36,902 nt of DNA from a virus. Taxonomy: Duplodnaviria > Caudoviricetes. Below the pieces are notes generated by a model that saw only the letters and a list, made by a program, of their open reading frames with translations, was not told where the DNA came from and searched no databases. A program made the position numbers and the translations under genes. Shown here piece by piece: positions 27,760 through 35,851 of the stretch; the first letter of the stretch is position 1, and every line of letters starts with the position of its first letter. The stretch lies in the IMG/VR virus record IMGVR_UViG_3300037608_000183, positions 1 to 36,902 of that record; one strand, written 5' to 3'.

Positions 27760-27882
27760 GTGCGGAAACGTATCGAGAAAATCAGGGATTTGAACGCGCT
27801 CGTGGACGCGGCCGAGACCCCGGCCGAGACCCAAGAGACGACCGAGGGCAAGGTCACCATTACCATGGACCTGCCGACATGA
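27760..27882 (+). CDS. 40-aa hypothetical peptide
   Basis: GTG after GAGGAG; stop overlaps the next ATG. Confidence 0.5.
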   Translation: MRKRIEKIRDLNALVDAAETPAETQETTEGKVTITMDLPT

Positions 27883-28325
27883 CGCGCCTCGAACATATCT
27901 GGCAGCGAAATGGGCTCGATCGGGCCGTGGGAGTGACGGAGCGGTCCTGCCTACTGGTCGCCTGGAGGCGCGTGGCCTACGACTACCCCGAGCTGCACGA
28001 CTCGCCCAAGTATCTGCGGGCGATGCAGCTGGTCGACGACCATCTGCTGGCTGTGCTCTCGCCGGAGGACGAGGAGCGCGTGGCGCAGCATGAGGCGCAC
28101 ATCCGTCTCGCCACGGGACAGGCCACGGGAGACGCCCAGGCCGAGACCCCGGCCGAGACCCCGGGCCGGCCTGCCGAGACCGAGGAAAACCCCGCGGAGG
28201 CGCGGGACGGGTGGGGCGACGTCGGCCCCGTCGACTGGGTGCTGGGGTGGATGAGCCAGTGCGGCCACGACATCTCGCCCGAGCTGGCGCGTGCTGTCGT
28301 CCAGCTGGTGCGCGAGCGCACCTGA
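27879..28325 (+). CDS. Hypothetical protein upstream of recombinase
   Basis: 148-aa ORF with ATGA coupling and AETP repeats. Confidence 0.6.
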   Translation: MTRLEHIWQRNGLDRAVGVTERSCLLVAWRRVAYDYPELHDSPKYLRAMQLVDDHLLAVLSPEDEERVAQHEAHIRLATGQATGDAQAETPAETPGRPAETEENPAEARDGWGDVGPVDWVLGWMSQCGHDISPELARAVVQLVRERT

Positions 28326-28365
28326 ACTGGCGCAGCTGGCCCTGGGGCCGCCTGGTCTTTGACAT

Positions 28366-28413
28366 TTTGGGTGGCCGTCAGCGCTGCGACGGAAGCATTG
28401 ACGGCCACCCAAA
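28366..28413. other. Candidate attP site of the large serine recombinase
   Basis: Perfect 15-bp arms TTTGGGTGGCCGTCA / TGACGGCCACCCAAA around an 18-nt core, 48 bp total, 20 bp upstream of the recombinase start. Confidence 0.6.
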
Positions 28414-28433
28414 TGCCGTGTTGAAATCGGCAC

Positions 28434-30167
28434 ATGAGCACCTGCATCACCTACTGCCGAGTCTCAGGGACAGCACAGGAGCGAGCGGACACGATAGAGG
28501 CGCAGAGACCCGTGGTGCGCGACCTGGCCGAGCGCCGCGGGCTGCAGGTGCTGCGCGCTGTCGAGGAGCCAGGGCACAGGACAGGCACTAGGCTGGCGGG
28601 ACGGCAGCTGCAGGCTGTGCTGGCCGAGCTGCAGTCTGGCCAGCTGCGTGTGGACTATTTCGTGGTGCGCGATTTCGAGCGGTTGTTTCGACCGAAGAAG
28701 CGTGACCTGCAGAGCCAGCTGGACGCGGTGCTGGTCCGCTCGGTGCTGATGCAGGCTGGGGTCCGGGTGCTGGACCACGGCGGCGAGCACGACCCCGCCA
28801 ACACGTTCGCATTTGGTATAAAGATGCTGTCGTCAGAAGACGACACCGAGCGGACGCTCGCCAAGTTTCGGTCTGGCAGACAGCGCGCTCTGGCCGATGG
28901 CAAGTATGCCTGGGCCACGCCACCATTCGGTTATCGCAGGGTATACAGCGACAAGCGCGACTACCAGGTGGTGCCAGACCCAGAGGAGGTGCGGGTGCTG
29001 CGCACGGTGCTGAGCGAGTTCGCGACCAGGGGCTCGGTCGACACTGCCCTGTGGCTGCGCGAGCACCAGGTGCGCACCCCGGACGCCATCCGCGGCAAGG
29101 TGGCGAAAGCCAACCGCAGGGCGGACTGGGACGAGCACCGCTGGAGTCACCAGCAGGTGCTGCAGCTGTGCGACTGCGCAGACCGCTACGCCAGCGGCCG
29201 CTGGACCTATAGCTACTTGGGGGAGACGCACGAGCTGCAGCTGGAGCCTGTGCTGGACGCGGCACTGGCCGAGCGGGTGCGGGCAGAGCGCAGGCACCGC
29301 ACTGCCAGGGCGGACCTGCAGCAGCACGAGACCACGGGGCTGCTGCGCTGCAAGTGCGGCGGCCGCGTCGAGAATAACTCGGTGACCTGCGGCGGCAGGA
29401 AGTACTGCTACGTCCGGTGCAGGTCCTGCAGCAGCACCATCAGGCAGGAGCCTGTGGCAGACCTGCTCTGGCGCTCGGTGCTAGTCCGGAGCCTGCAGCT
29501 GATGGCCGTGCGGCCTGACCTGCGGCAGGACCACGAGACGGCCAGGAGAGTGGCAGAGCGTGTCTGCGCTGGGGTGCGGCAGCAGATGCGGGAGTTGGTG
29601 CGGCTGCGCGTGCAGTGCCAGATGGATGAGCAGGTGTTTAGGGCAGAGCACGAGCGGCTGGCCACGGCGCTGGCTGCAGCCGAGGCGGACCTGGCGAGAG
29701 CGCAGGCCCTAGAGCAGGCCCAGGAGCAGCACGCGGCAGAGCACGCCACACTGCAGGACCGGCTGGTAGCGGAGCTGGAGCGGCTGCGCCAGCAGGGCGT
29801 GACGCCTACTGGGCGCAGGCGCGTGATGCGCCAGATATTGGGCGAGGCCCGGGCGGTGCTGGACTACCAGGGTCCGTGCATCGAGCTGCCTGAGCAGGAC
29901 GGCGCTGCAGCGTGGAGCTGCGGCCTGCAGGACAGGCCCTGGGTGCGAGCAGGTATGCAGGACACCGATTTGGTGGGATTTCAAAAGACCGCTGGAGAGT
30001 GGCTCATGTTCCTGGCCATGGAGGGGGCAGTCCCGGCCGAGCTGGCGTGGCCCCGTCCTGACACGACGAGTGGGTCTCCTAGGGCTCCGGCTAGGGAGGC
30101 GGCCAGACATAGCCACGCTGGTCAAAAGACAAAGAGAAGGAGCGCATCACCAGCTGACGCTCAGTAA
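28434..30167 (+). CDS. Large serine recombinase (integrase)
   Basis: Catalytic YCRVS, RDFERLFR, PPFGYR recombinase domain, zinc ribbon LLRCKCGG..YVRCRSC, coiled coil. Confidence 0.92.
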   Translation: MSTCITYCRVSGTAQERADTIEAQRPVVRDLAERRGLQVLRAVEEPGHRTGTRLAGRQLQAVLAELQSGQLRVDYFVVRDFERLFRPKKRDLQSQLDAVLVRSVLMQAGVRVLDHGGEHDPANTFAFGIKMLSSEDDTERTLAKFRSGRQRALADGKYAWATPPFGYRRVYSDKRDYQVVPDPEEVRVLRTVLSEFATRGSVDTALWLREHQVRTPDAIRGKVAKANRRADWDEHRWSHQQVLQLCDCADRYASGRWTYSYLGETHELQLEPVLDAALAERVRAERRHRTARADLQQHETTGLLRCKCGGRVENNSVTCGGRKYCYVRCRSCSSTIRQEPVADLLWRSVLVRSLQLMAVRPDLRQDHETARRVAERVCAGVRQQMRELVRLRVQCQMDEQVFRAEHERLATALAAAEADLARAQALEQAQEQHAAEHATLQDRLVAELERLRQQGVTPTGRRRVMRQILGEARAVLDYQGPCIELPEQDGAAAWSCGLQDRPWVRAGMQDTDLVGFQKTAGEWLMFLAMEGAVPAELAWPRPDTTSGSPRAPAREAARHSHAGQKTKRRSASPADAQ

Positions 30168-30484
30168 TGCACTATGCGGTAGTCGCATGGGTGCCAGGTC
30201 TGGCCCCGCTCGACCTCATTCAGGATGCGCGCGAGCTGGCGCCATCGCTCCGTGGCCTGATGTAGCGAGCGCTGATAATTGCCCTCGGACACGATCACCG
30301 AGCCCGTGTCGGTGTGTTCGGCTCGCACAGTGTATGTCAGATTAGTCCGGAGCCCGAACCACTCGGAGAGCAAAGTCACGACCCATCCGTGGGTCTCGAT
30401 GCGCTTGCAGACGGTTTGCACTCTGGACTTGGAGGGTTCCTGGACGCACGAGGAGGGGTTTCCCGCGCGCTCGCGGTAAGTCAA
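30161..30484 (-). CDS. Hypothetical protein convergent with integrase
   Basis: Probable TTG start at 30484 overlapping the stop of the 75-aa ORF; protein-like C-terminal part (WVVTLLSEW..TYTVRAEH..). Confidence 0.5.
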   Translation of the reverse strand: MTYRERAGNPSSCVQEPSKSRVQTVCKRIETHGWVVTLLSEWFGLRTNLTYTVRAEHTDTGSVIVSEGNYQRSLHQATERWRQLARILNEVERGQTWHPCDYRIVHY

Positions 30485-30708
30485 CGGAACCAAAGGGGAC
30501 GGCACTCCCGGGGCAGGACGGGTAGGGAGTCCCAGGCCAGGACGCAATCTGGCGGTGGGATGGACTCGCGAGTCCATAGAAATCCTTCGATCCGGTCACA
30601 GAGAGACCTGACCTCAGGAGGCAGATCCCTCATCGAGTTGTCCGGATCGGGTTCGTCGTAGTCGTGTCGCTCTAGCTGGGCCCGGATGCGTCGAGATCGT
30701 GTAGACAT
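30481..30708 (-). CDS. 75-aa hypothetical protein
   Basis: ATG downstream of an AT-rich segment; coupled to the next minus-strand ORF. Confidence 0.45.
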   Translation of the reverse strand: MSTRSRRIRAQLERHDYDEPDPDNSMRDLPPEVRSLCDRIEGFLWTRESIPPPDCVLAWDSLPVLPRECRPLWFR

Positions 30709-30888
30709 AGTGACTAGGACGGATAATTAAGAGGCTAGAATCCAAGAGCCAAGAGCAGCCACGGGACAGCGTTACAGTCCGACTGCAGCCTTGCCCGCCT
30801 CGGGAGAAGGGACTCGGAGCAAAGAGGCGGCAGTGCTCGAACACACGGTACGGACCGTACGAAGCGCACTCCGAGACGCGCACAGCAC

Positions 30889-31005
30889 GTCCGCCTCCGT
30901 AAGGCGGACTCAGAGGCGGGTCCGCCTTCGGTCCGCCTTGCTCCGCCTTGCTCCGCCGCCCCAGTCCGCCTCCCGCCTTGCCCCCCTTAAGGGGGCAGAG
31001 GCGGA
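30889..31005. repeat. Iteron-like CCGCC(T) array with palindromes, candidate replication origin
   Basis: About ten (T)CCGCC(T)/AGGCGG copies, four at ~10-bp spacing (30921-30960), and a CCCCC-TTAA-GGGGG palindrome. Confidence 0.6.
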
Positions 31006-31136
31006 AAACCAACCCCAAGGGCCCAAGCACGACGAGTGTACTCGCACGGTAGAGTACTCGGAGAGGCTCTTGGAGGAGCCGCAGGCACTCGGAGCCGCTA
31101 GACCTTTTATAGGCTGGCTACTTACAGAGGACAACA

Positions 31137-31397
31137 ATGAGCAAACTCAATCTCGACCAGGGGCGCGACATCCGATTTCGACACTCGCGGGGCGAATCGA
31201 TCGGCTCGCTCGTCAGAGCGTACGGACTGACTCGGCCATCAATCAAAGCCATCCTGCGGATGCAGTCCCACGCGTACCGATTGGAAATGTCTGTACCGGA
31301 CGCGATGTGGGATGCGCTCGCGTCCCAGGCCGAGCACGAGGGCCGCTCGGTGCCAGACGTCGTGCGCTCGATCTTGGCCGAGAGAATTGGCATCTGA
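31137..31397 (+). CDS. Small DNA-binding protein (HTH + ribbon-helix-helix)
   Basis: RGESIGSLVRAYGLTRPSIKAIL (HTH) and RLEMSVPDAMWDALASQAEHEGRSVPDVVRSIL (RHH/CopG-like); GAGGA RBS. Confidence 0.75.
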   Translation: MSKLNLDQGRDIRFRHSRGESIGSLVRAYGLTRPSIKAILRMQSHAYRLEMSVPDAMWDALASQAEHEGRSVPDVVRSILAERIGI

Positions 31398-31405
31398 ATA
31401 GCACT

Positions 31406-31437
31406 GTGCCCAGCACGGGTGGAGCCGGCTGGGCACT
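31406..31437 (+). terminator. Hairpin between regulator and helicase
   Basis: GTGCCCAGC ... GCTGGGCAC 9-bp stem; no U-tract. Confidence 0.35.
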
Positions 31438-31494
31438 AGAAAGGAGCGAAACTTCCATGAAACATACATCTATTAAAGCCCTAAGGCGCCGGTC

Positions 31495-33072
31495 ATGAAC
31501 GTCCTCCTACGAAGTCTTATCCAGGTTGGAAATGTGCCTGACGCCGACATGTGTGTGGCCAACTGGCGTGCTTTCGAGGATGGCGGCGTGGTTGCATCGG
31601 GCAACGACCGCGCCAACCACGAGGCCGTCATCGAGCATCTGCGGTACTACTACGAGAGTGTCGGCGGGCCGCCGGACATCACGGCAATGCGGACGTACTT
31701 CAGCAGCGTGGACCGCATAGAAGTCTGCGACTACCTCGACAGCATCAGGGCAGAGCGCCCGCTCATTGCCACGAATTTCAAGGGTCATGCGCACCATGTG
31801 GCGAGGCAGCAATACTCATATAGGTTCGAGTCGGCACTTCATGAAGCTTCAAAGGTCGACAAGAACGGCGTCGTCGTCACGGTCCTGCAGGACGGGAAAA
31901 AGGTCAAGCAGACACTCCGAGGCACTGAGGACGCGATGGCGCTCCTGCGCCGGAAGCTGGATTCCATCGACGGTCCGAGCCGGGATGTATGGGGCGCGCC
32001 CCTGGATTTCAGCGCTCCCCAGAAGCCGCCTCGCTTTCTGCTCGACCACTTCGGCCTGATGGAGGGGCGCCCCAACGTGATCGCGGGCTATGCCGGCTCA
32101 GCCAAGACGTTCCTCGCTATCGAGCTGGCTATTGCCGTGGTCTCCGGGCAGGAGAAGTGTTGGGGCGGGCTAGACGTGTCGCTGTCCGGCCCGGTGCTGC
32201 ACCTCGATTATGAGATGGGATCGAAGCTCACCTGGCGCCGGTATCACCGCATCGCTCAGGCGATGGGCGTGGACCTGTCGAAGCATGCCGTTCGCGGTGA
32301 CGACAGGCAGGAGGTTTTTATACGGCAGACTGCGCCGCGCCACTCACTGGAGATTATCCCGTTCTCTCGCCTGGATTTGAGCATGGCGATCGCCGAACGC
32401 GAGCTGACAAGGAAGTGCCGAGGCAAGGTGCTGTGCATCATCGACAGCTTTAGGGCGGCGACTGCGAAGAGCGGTGTTGACGAAAATTCGTCGAATGTTC
32501 GACAATACCTTGACATGCTCGGCAAGGTGACCGACGCGACTGGGTGCGTGTTCGTGGTGCTGCACCACGAACGCAAGATGGGCAAGGACGACGGCGGAGC
32601 ATCCGCCATGCAACTCATGCGCGGTAGCTCCGCGATTGCTGATGCCCTCGGGGCAAGCGTCCGCGTGTCGAGCAGGGATGGCATCATCTCTGTGCAGCAG
32701 GGCAAGAACACCGCCCGCAGGATGGGAGAAGACATAGCGCTGGTACTCCAGGACAGCGGGCTGGTGCATCCGGATTGGAAGGATTCAGAAAAGCTCGCAC
32801 TTGTGCGCGTGCAATATGAGCCTGACAAGCAGGTGGACGCGGACTCGCAGATGCTGCTCGACGCCATCGTCGCAAAGGGGCCGGTCGAGACGGTGGATGG
32901 GCTGCGCGATCTGGCCAGGGCGGCAGTAGGATGCTCCGGAATCAGCACAGCACGTATCAATGCGGCAATCTCGGCTCTGCGAACTTCCAAGAAGATCGAA
33001 AAGGGAGATGCGGGGTGGTGCGCGTCCAGCGATGTGCAGATTGGCCAGAGTCTGCTGAAGTGCGGATCATGA
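31495..33072 (+). CDS. AAA (RepA/RecA-like, AAA_25) replicative helicase
   Basis: Walker A AGYAGSAKT, VLHLDYE, Walker B CIIDSF, DENS, VLHHERK, RGSSAI; helical DnaB-N-like N-terminus. Confidence 0.85.
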   Translation: MNVLLRSLIQVGNVPDADMCVANWRAFEDGGVVASGNDRANHEAVIEHLRYYYESVGGPPDITAMRTYFSSVDRIEVCDYLDSIRAERPLIATNFKGHAHHVARQQYSYRFESALHEASKVDKNGVVVTVLQDGKKVKQTLRGTEDAMALLRRKLDSIDGPSRDVWGAPLDFSAPQKPPRFLLDHFGLMEGRPNVIAGYAGSAKTFLAIELAIAVVSGQEKCWGGLDVSLSGPVLHLDYEMGSKLTWRRYHRIAQAMGVDLSKHAVRGDDRQEVFIRQTAPRHSLEIIPFSRLDLSMAIAERELTRKCRGKVLCIIDSFRAATAKSGVDENSSNVRQYLDMLGKVTDATGCVFVVLHHERKMGKDDGGASAMQLMRGSSAIADALGASVRVSSRDGIISVQQGKNTARRMGEDIALVLQDSGLVHPDWKDSEKLALVRVQYEPDKQVDADSQMLLDAIVAKGPVETVDGLRDLARAAVGCSGISTARINAAISALRTSKKIEKGDAGWCASSDVQIGQSLLKCGS

Positions 33073-33356
33073 ACGGATACCCGGACATTGCAATGTCGAA
33101 GTACCACGCGACCTGCGTCTGGTGAAAAATGTCTACATGTGTTCGACAGCGTGAGCTAGGAGGCTCTATAGGGAATGCAGGGCCAGAGGTACCGAGCAAC
33201 AGCTGATAAAAGACTCTAGCGGATATCGCAACAATAGATAGAGAGCGGGGCCGGACAGCAGCATCACCGCCCGGCCCCTGACCGTGGAGACTAGACGCAT
33301 ACTTTACACTGGATACTCGATACTGGGCTAACGCAGATGAATCAGAGAGCACGACC

Positions 33357-33740
33357 ATGGGACTGGAGCTTACCGATATCGACGATCCGACCAACGAGAC
33401 CTCATCCGCCGCCTACGCGCGCACCAATGCAGGAGCGCTGCGCGAGCAGATCTACGAGTACATCTCGGCTCAGCCTAACGGCGCGACCTGCGACGAGGTC
33501 GAGCGCGCCATGACCGTCCGGCACTCGACTGCGAGCGCCAGGATCCGGGAGCTGACCCACGACGGGCGCATCCACTACCAGGGCACCCGGGCCACATCGT
33601 CGGGGTGCCAGGCGCGCATATACTACGTGGGGGGCCAGCCGCCTGTGACGGTCAGCGTCACCATCACAGCCACGGCAGCCAAGACCGGGGACCTGGCACA
33701 GCTGATGCGACAGATCCGCCAGGCACTGGAGGGCATCTAG
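33357..33740 (+). CDS. Winged-helix DNA-binding protein
   Basis: REQIYEYI..GATCDEVE..HSTASARIREL..GRI..GTR.TSSG..ARIY. Confidence 0.75.
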   Translation: MGLELTDIDDPTNETSSAAYARTNAGALREQIYEYISAQPNGATCDEVERAMTVRHSTASARIRELTHDGRIHYQGTRATSSGCQARIYYVGGQPPVTVSVTITATAAKTGDLAQLMRQIRQALEGI

Positions 33741-33860
33741 GTGGCCACCATTGCGATCATTAACTGGGTGGTGCTGGTGACGACGCTGCTGCTGTGGGCT
33801 CGCTCGGAGCGCAAGCGCATCGAGCACGAGGAGCTGGTGCGGAAAGTCATGGAGGAGTGA
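33741..33860 (+). CDS. 39-aa membrane-anchored peptide (not in ORF track)
   Basis: GTG right after the upstream stop with GGAGG RBS; MATIAIINWVVLVTTLLLWARSERKRIEHEELVRKVMEE. Confidence 0.5.
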   Translation: MATIAIINWVVLVTTLLLWARSERKRIEHEELVRKVMEE

Positions 33861-33922
33861 CCTAGCGCTGGCGAGCTGCGGGCTCGTCTGTTGCGGCACG
33901 AGCGTTGCGAGCGCCTGTCGGC

Positions 33923-34135
33923 ATGACATCTGACCTACGCAAGAAAGACCCTACGAAGGCGCGTCAAGAGATACTGGACGCACTGGAGCGCACAGGCGGT
34001 AAGCGCTTCGAAGCGGCCAAGCTGCTCGGCGTGCAGTATCGGACATTCCTACGGGCTATTCAGAGCCTCAATCTCTGGCCTATCATCGAGCGCAGATATG
34101 GCCGGAAAGCCCCGCTCGGGCACACAAGCACGTAA
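33923..34135 (+). CDS. Stand-alone Fis-type HTH protein
   Basis: ILDALERTGGKRFEAAKLLGVQYRTFLR matches the Fis/NtrC C-terminal HTH pattern. Confidence 0.75.
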   Translation: MTSDLRKKDPTKARQEILDALERTGGKRFEAAKLLGVQYRTFLRAIQSLNLWPIIERRYGRKAPLGHTST

Positions 34136-34360
34136 CGTCCGCGTCACGTGACGTCACAGGTGACGTCACCCGCCCGTACTGACCGCGAGCGATCCGTGAC
34201 ATGTGACTTCCGGTCACAATTGGTATTACCTAGCTGCATATCGACGTGATAAAGACCAGTCTTTGCGACCAACATAAGGGCCCGTTCGAGAGACTTTGGC
34301 ATATGACGTGGCAGTCATGATTCGGACCATTTCGGCGGGCGTTTTGTGACATATGACACG

Positions 34361-34377
34361 TTGGCATTTCCCATGCA
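34361..34377 (+). promoter_or_regulatory. sigma54-type -24/-12 promoter
   Basis: TTGGCATTTCCCATGCA has exact GG-N10-GC spacing, 45 bp upstream of the ORF at 34423. Confidence 0.55.
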
Positions 34378-34422
34378 GATGGATCCGGGCTGACGTAACC
34401 CTAGACGCAAAGAGAGGCTGGC

Positions 34423-34794
34423 ATGGGACAGACTAACGGATATTGCGGCATCACGAAGGCACAGATCAGGCAAATGCTCGCCGAGCGAGACCGGGTGGTG
34501 CAATTGGCACTGTGCATCATCGAGGGCAGGACGACGGGGCGCAAGCCGAGCGACGTGGGTGTGGGATGGATGTGCAGCCACCGGGCAGTAGGCTCGGAGC
34601 TGGCCGAGCTGGCGATGCAGGCGATGCAGAATGGGGAGCAGATGGGCAGGGCGGACATGGCGCGAGCCCGGGCGCTGCTCGCGCACTACGTGGTGCAGCT
34701 CGCCAGGCATCTGAGGGCTGCCGAGCTGCGGCAGAACAAGGCGCTGCGCGTGAAGCTGGCGCCATATCTCAGCAAGGAGCAGGTGCGCAGCTGA
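34423..34794 (+). CDS. Hypothetical protein
   Basis: 123 aa, GAGG RBS, GC3-rich codons. Confidence 0.65.
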   Translation: MGQTNGYCGITKAQIRQMLAERDRVVQLALCIIEGRTTGRKPSDVGVGWMCSHRAVGSELAELAMQAMQNGEQMGRADMARARALLAHYVVQLARHLRAAELRQNKALRVKLAPYLSKEQVRS

Positions 34795-34803
34795 GGGGGC
34801 CTC

Positions 34804-34833
34804 TGGAGGGGGCCGGAGGCCCGGCCCCCTCCA
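34804..34833. terminator. Perfect 13-bp GC hairpin
   Basis: TGGAGGGGGCCGG-AGGC-CCGGCCCCCTCCA directly after the stop at 34794; no U-tract. Confidence 0.6.
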
Positions 34834-34862
34834 ACGTCTCCATCAGGTGAGGAGAGCTGATC

Positions 34863-35102
34863 ATGTGGATCTGGACACTGACACCCAACAACGGATTTTG
34901 CGCGGCGTCCGAGGCGTTCCGGCTGTCCATCTGCGGACTGCACTGGACGATACGCCGGAGCGGACGGGCTGGCTGGGGGGAGGATGCCCTCGCCGAGGGA
35001 CGGTTCGAAAACGACCCGGGAATGTCGAATATTCAACAGACGCTGCTGCGGAAACAATATGTCGAGTGGCAGGCGGCACTACTGGAGGTGCACGAATCAT
35101 GA
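34863..35102 (+). CDS. Hypothetical protein
   Basis: 79 aa with GAGGAG RBS. Confidence 0.6.
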   Translation: MWIWTLTPNNGFCAASEAFRLSICGLHWTIRRSGRAGWGEDALAEGRFENDPGMSNIQQTLLRKQYVEWQAALLEVHES

Positions 35103-35109
35103 GTACATT

Positions 35110-35451
35110 ATGAACAAGCGAGATTTGGCAAAACTGATTGAATCGTACGCGGTGGTCATGAGCCGTGACGGCTCGTGCACGATACAGCACGCACTGAGAG
35201 CCACGTACTTGAATCGTGTGTCGCCGATAGACCAGACATGGAAGCGGCTGGAACTGGCGGGCATGGTCGAGCGCGAGACTTTCACCAGCACCGGCACAAC
35301 CAGTAGTTACGATGGCTCTAGATGGGTCAAGCGGGAACACACAGAGCATCTGTGCCGCATCAAAATCACTGCGCGCGGAAAGCTCGCGGTGACTGCAGCT
35401 TGGCAAGCCGCTATCGCCAAGTTGCGCGCGGAGCTGGAGCAGGAGTCATGA
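35110..35451 (+). CDS. Hypothetical protein, winged-helix-like
   Basis: TWKRLELAGMVER..RIKITARGK pattern; ATG at 35110. Confidence 0.55.
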   Translation: MNKRDLAKLIESYAVVMSRDGSCTIQHALRATYLNRVSPIDQTWKRLELAGMVERETFTSTGTTSSYDGSRWVKREHTEHLCRIKITARGKLAVTAAWQAAIAKLRAELEQES

Positions 35452-35851
35452 CCACTACATGCACAATTTTCGAGGTGCTAGAGGGCGGCACAGTAGTATA
35501 CTCGGACGAGGACTCGGCCTGCATCGTGACCTGGAACGGGTCGCAGACCATGTCTATGTGGACACAGACGCCCGAGCACGAACAGAAGCAGAATGCTGGA
35601 CCGTAGCGCCGCCGGCGGACCTGGCCGCAGCCCGAGCCAAGGCGCGCAGCCTGTACTGCGAGACGCTGGACCTGGTGCACTGGGCGATGCTCAGCCAGCG
35701 CGCCGCAATCTACGAGCTGGCCGAGTCGGACCCGACCGGCTGCCAGGGAATGTTCGTCCGCTGCCCGGAATGCAGCACCTGGCACCTGCCGGGCAGTCAT
35801 CCCCAGGACTGCTGCTCGGCGGGCCTGCTCGACTGCGTGCACGAGTCCTGA
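35448..35851 (+). pseudogene. Hypothetical gene apparently split by a frameshift near 35550-35560
   Basis: AGGAG/ATGA-coupled start at 35448 ends at 35606; coding-like sequence continues in the 35459-35851 frame with a CPEC..H..CC cluster. Confidence 0.4.

Noticed and set aside
30889-31005. CRISPR array interpretation of the short repeats here and at 27810-28183
   Set aside because: Repeats are too short, have no unique 30-40 bp spacers, and no cas genes are present
30791-31498. 235-aa plus-strand ORF across the origin-like region
   Set aside because: TTG start, low-complexity translation of the repeats, and overlap with the better supported 31137-31397 gene
33073-33356. Possible tRNA/ncRNA in the gap after the helicase (GGGGCCGG/CCGGCCCC stem at 33247-33278)
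   Set aside because: Only one 8-bp stem; no cloverleaf or T-loop motif visible
34296-34313. Second sigma54-like motif TTGGCATATGACGTGGCA
   Set aside because: Spacing is GG-N11-GC rather than the required GG-N10-GC
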